Assembly (NCBI GenBank): GCA_051868045.1 | Contig: JBJDZN010000076.1 | Coordinates: forward strand, 71,194 to 135,193 | DNA from: Eubacteriales bacterium | GTDB lineage: Bacteria; Bacillota; Clostridia; Oscillospirales; CAG-272 | Length of the DNA: 64,000 nt | Reading direction: 5' to 3' | In this document: positions 63,755 to 64,000 of the stretch, in pieces | Position numbering within the stretch: position 1 is the stretch's first letter | Layout: every line of letters starts with the position of its first letter | The notes under the pieces: generated by a model | The model's database searches: none | What the model was told of the DNA's origin: nothing | The model's input: only the letters and a program-made list of their open reading frames with translations | Translations under genes and position numbers: made by a program

Positions 63755-64000
63755 TCATTCCTTTCCGTTCGGTTTGGTTTCTCGGGACAGATGGATGCCC
63801 CGGCTCAGATTGTTTCGGATGTGTAGCAGCAGTCTGGACAGCTCCTGTCTTTCCTCAGGGGAGATGTCTTCAAAAGCCAATGCCTCGATCTCCTGTGCTT
63901 TTTGCCTGTTAGCCCGATCAACGGCAATGCCTTTTTCGGTCAGCGTCACCCGCATCTGCCGCATATCCGTCTCGTCGGGGACTCTGGTAATGTAGCCTTC
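63755..64000 (-). CDS. MarR-family transcriptional regulator, C-terminal part (5' end outside the window)
   Basis: The frame is open to the window edge. RVTLTEKG... and ...LSPEERQEL..LL are typical of a MarR wing and C-terminal helix. It sits upstream of the ABC pair. Confidence 0.7.
   Translation of the reverse strand, partial: EGYITRVPDETDMRQMRVTLTEKGIAVDRANRQKAQEIEALAFEDISPEERQELSRLLLHIRNNLSRGIHLSRETKPNGKE

Overview
The window reads as a chromosomal segment of a moderately GC-rich, Clostridia-type Firmicute. Sporulation and division genes (spoIID-like, yabP, yabQ, divIC) and the yabM-mazG-yabO-yabP-yabQ-divIC-yabR gene order support that assignment, but no taxon can be named from the sequence alone. 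It is densely coding and mostly housekeeping. Replication and repair genes include a partial rex, dnaD-like, a dnaI/dnaC-like loader, recJ and ssb. Signalling genes include rel, cdaA-cdaR, an HtrA protease followed by an OmpR-type two-component system, and AraC and MarR regulators. Translation genes include rpsF-ssb-rpsR, dtd, tRNA-Met and tRNA-Glu. I saw no CRISPR array, transposase, integrase or recognisable phage or defence genes.

The less ordinary content is as follows:
- A six-gene envelope operon: a GldA/GldF-like ABC transporter, two paralogous GldG-like proteins, a DUF4340-like protein and a degenerate PrsA-like lipoprotein.
- A stand-alone, diverged RnfC-like/RnfD-like pair followed by a short Sfp-type phosphopantetheinyl transferase (PPTase), with no other rnf genes in the window.
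- A heterodimeric ABC exporter with an acyl carrier protein gene 5 nt downstream and a perfect palindromic operator candidate.
- A clear TPP riboswitch that runs into its own terminator instead of a thiamine gene. It lies upstream of an uncharacterised Thr-rich lipoprotein that has its own strong promoter.
- A roughly 190-nt terminator-containing leader of unknown class ahead of two CNNM/CorC-type genes.
- A large secreted protein with lamin-tail domains and a CotH kinase domain, next to the tRNA pair.
- A BspA-like leucine-rich-repeat lipoprotein.

Start codons are often uncertain because several genes appear to use GTG or TTG. All family assignments come from motif recognition by eye, not from searches.
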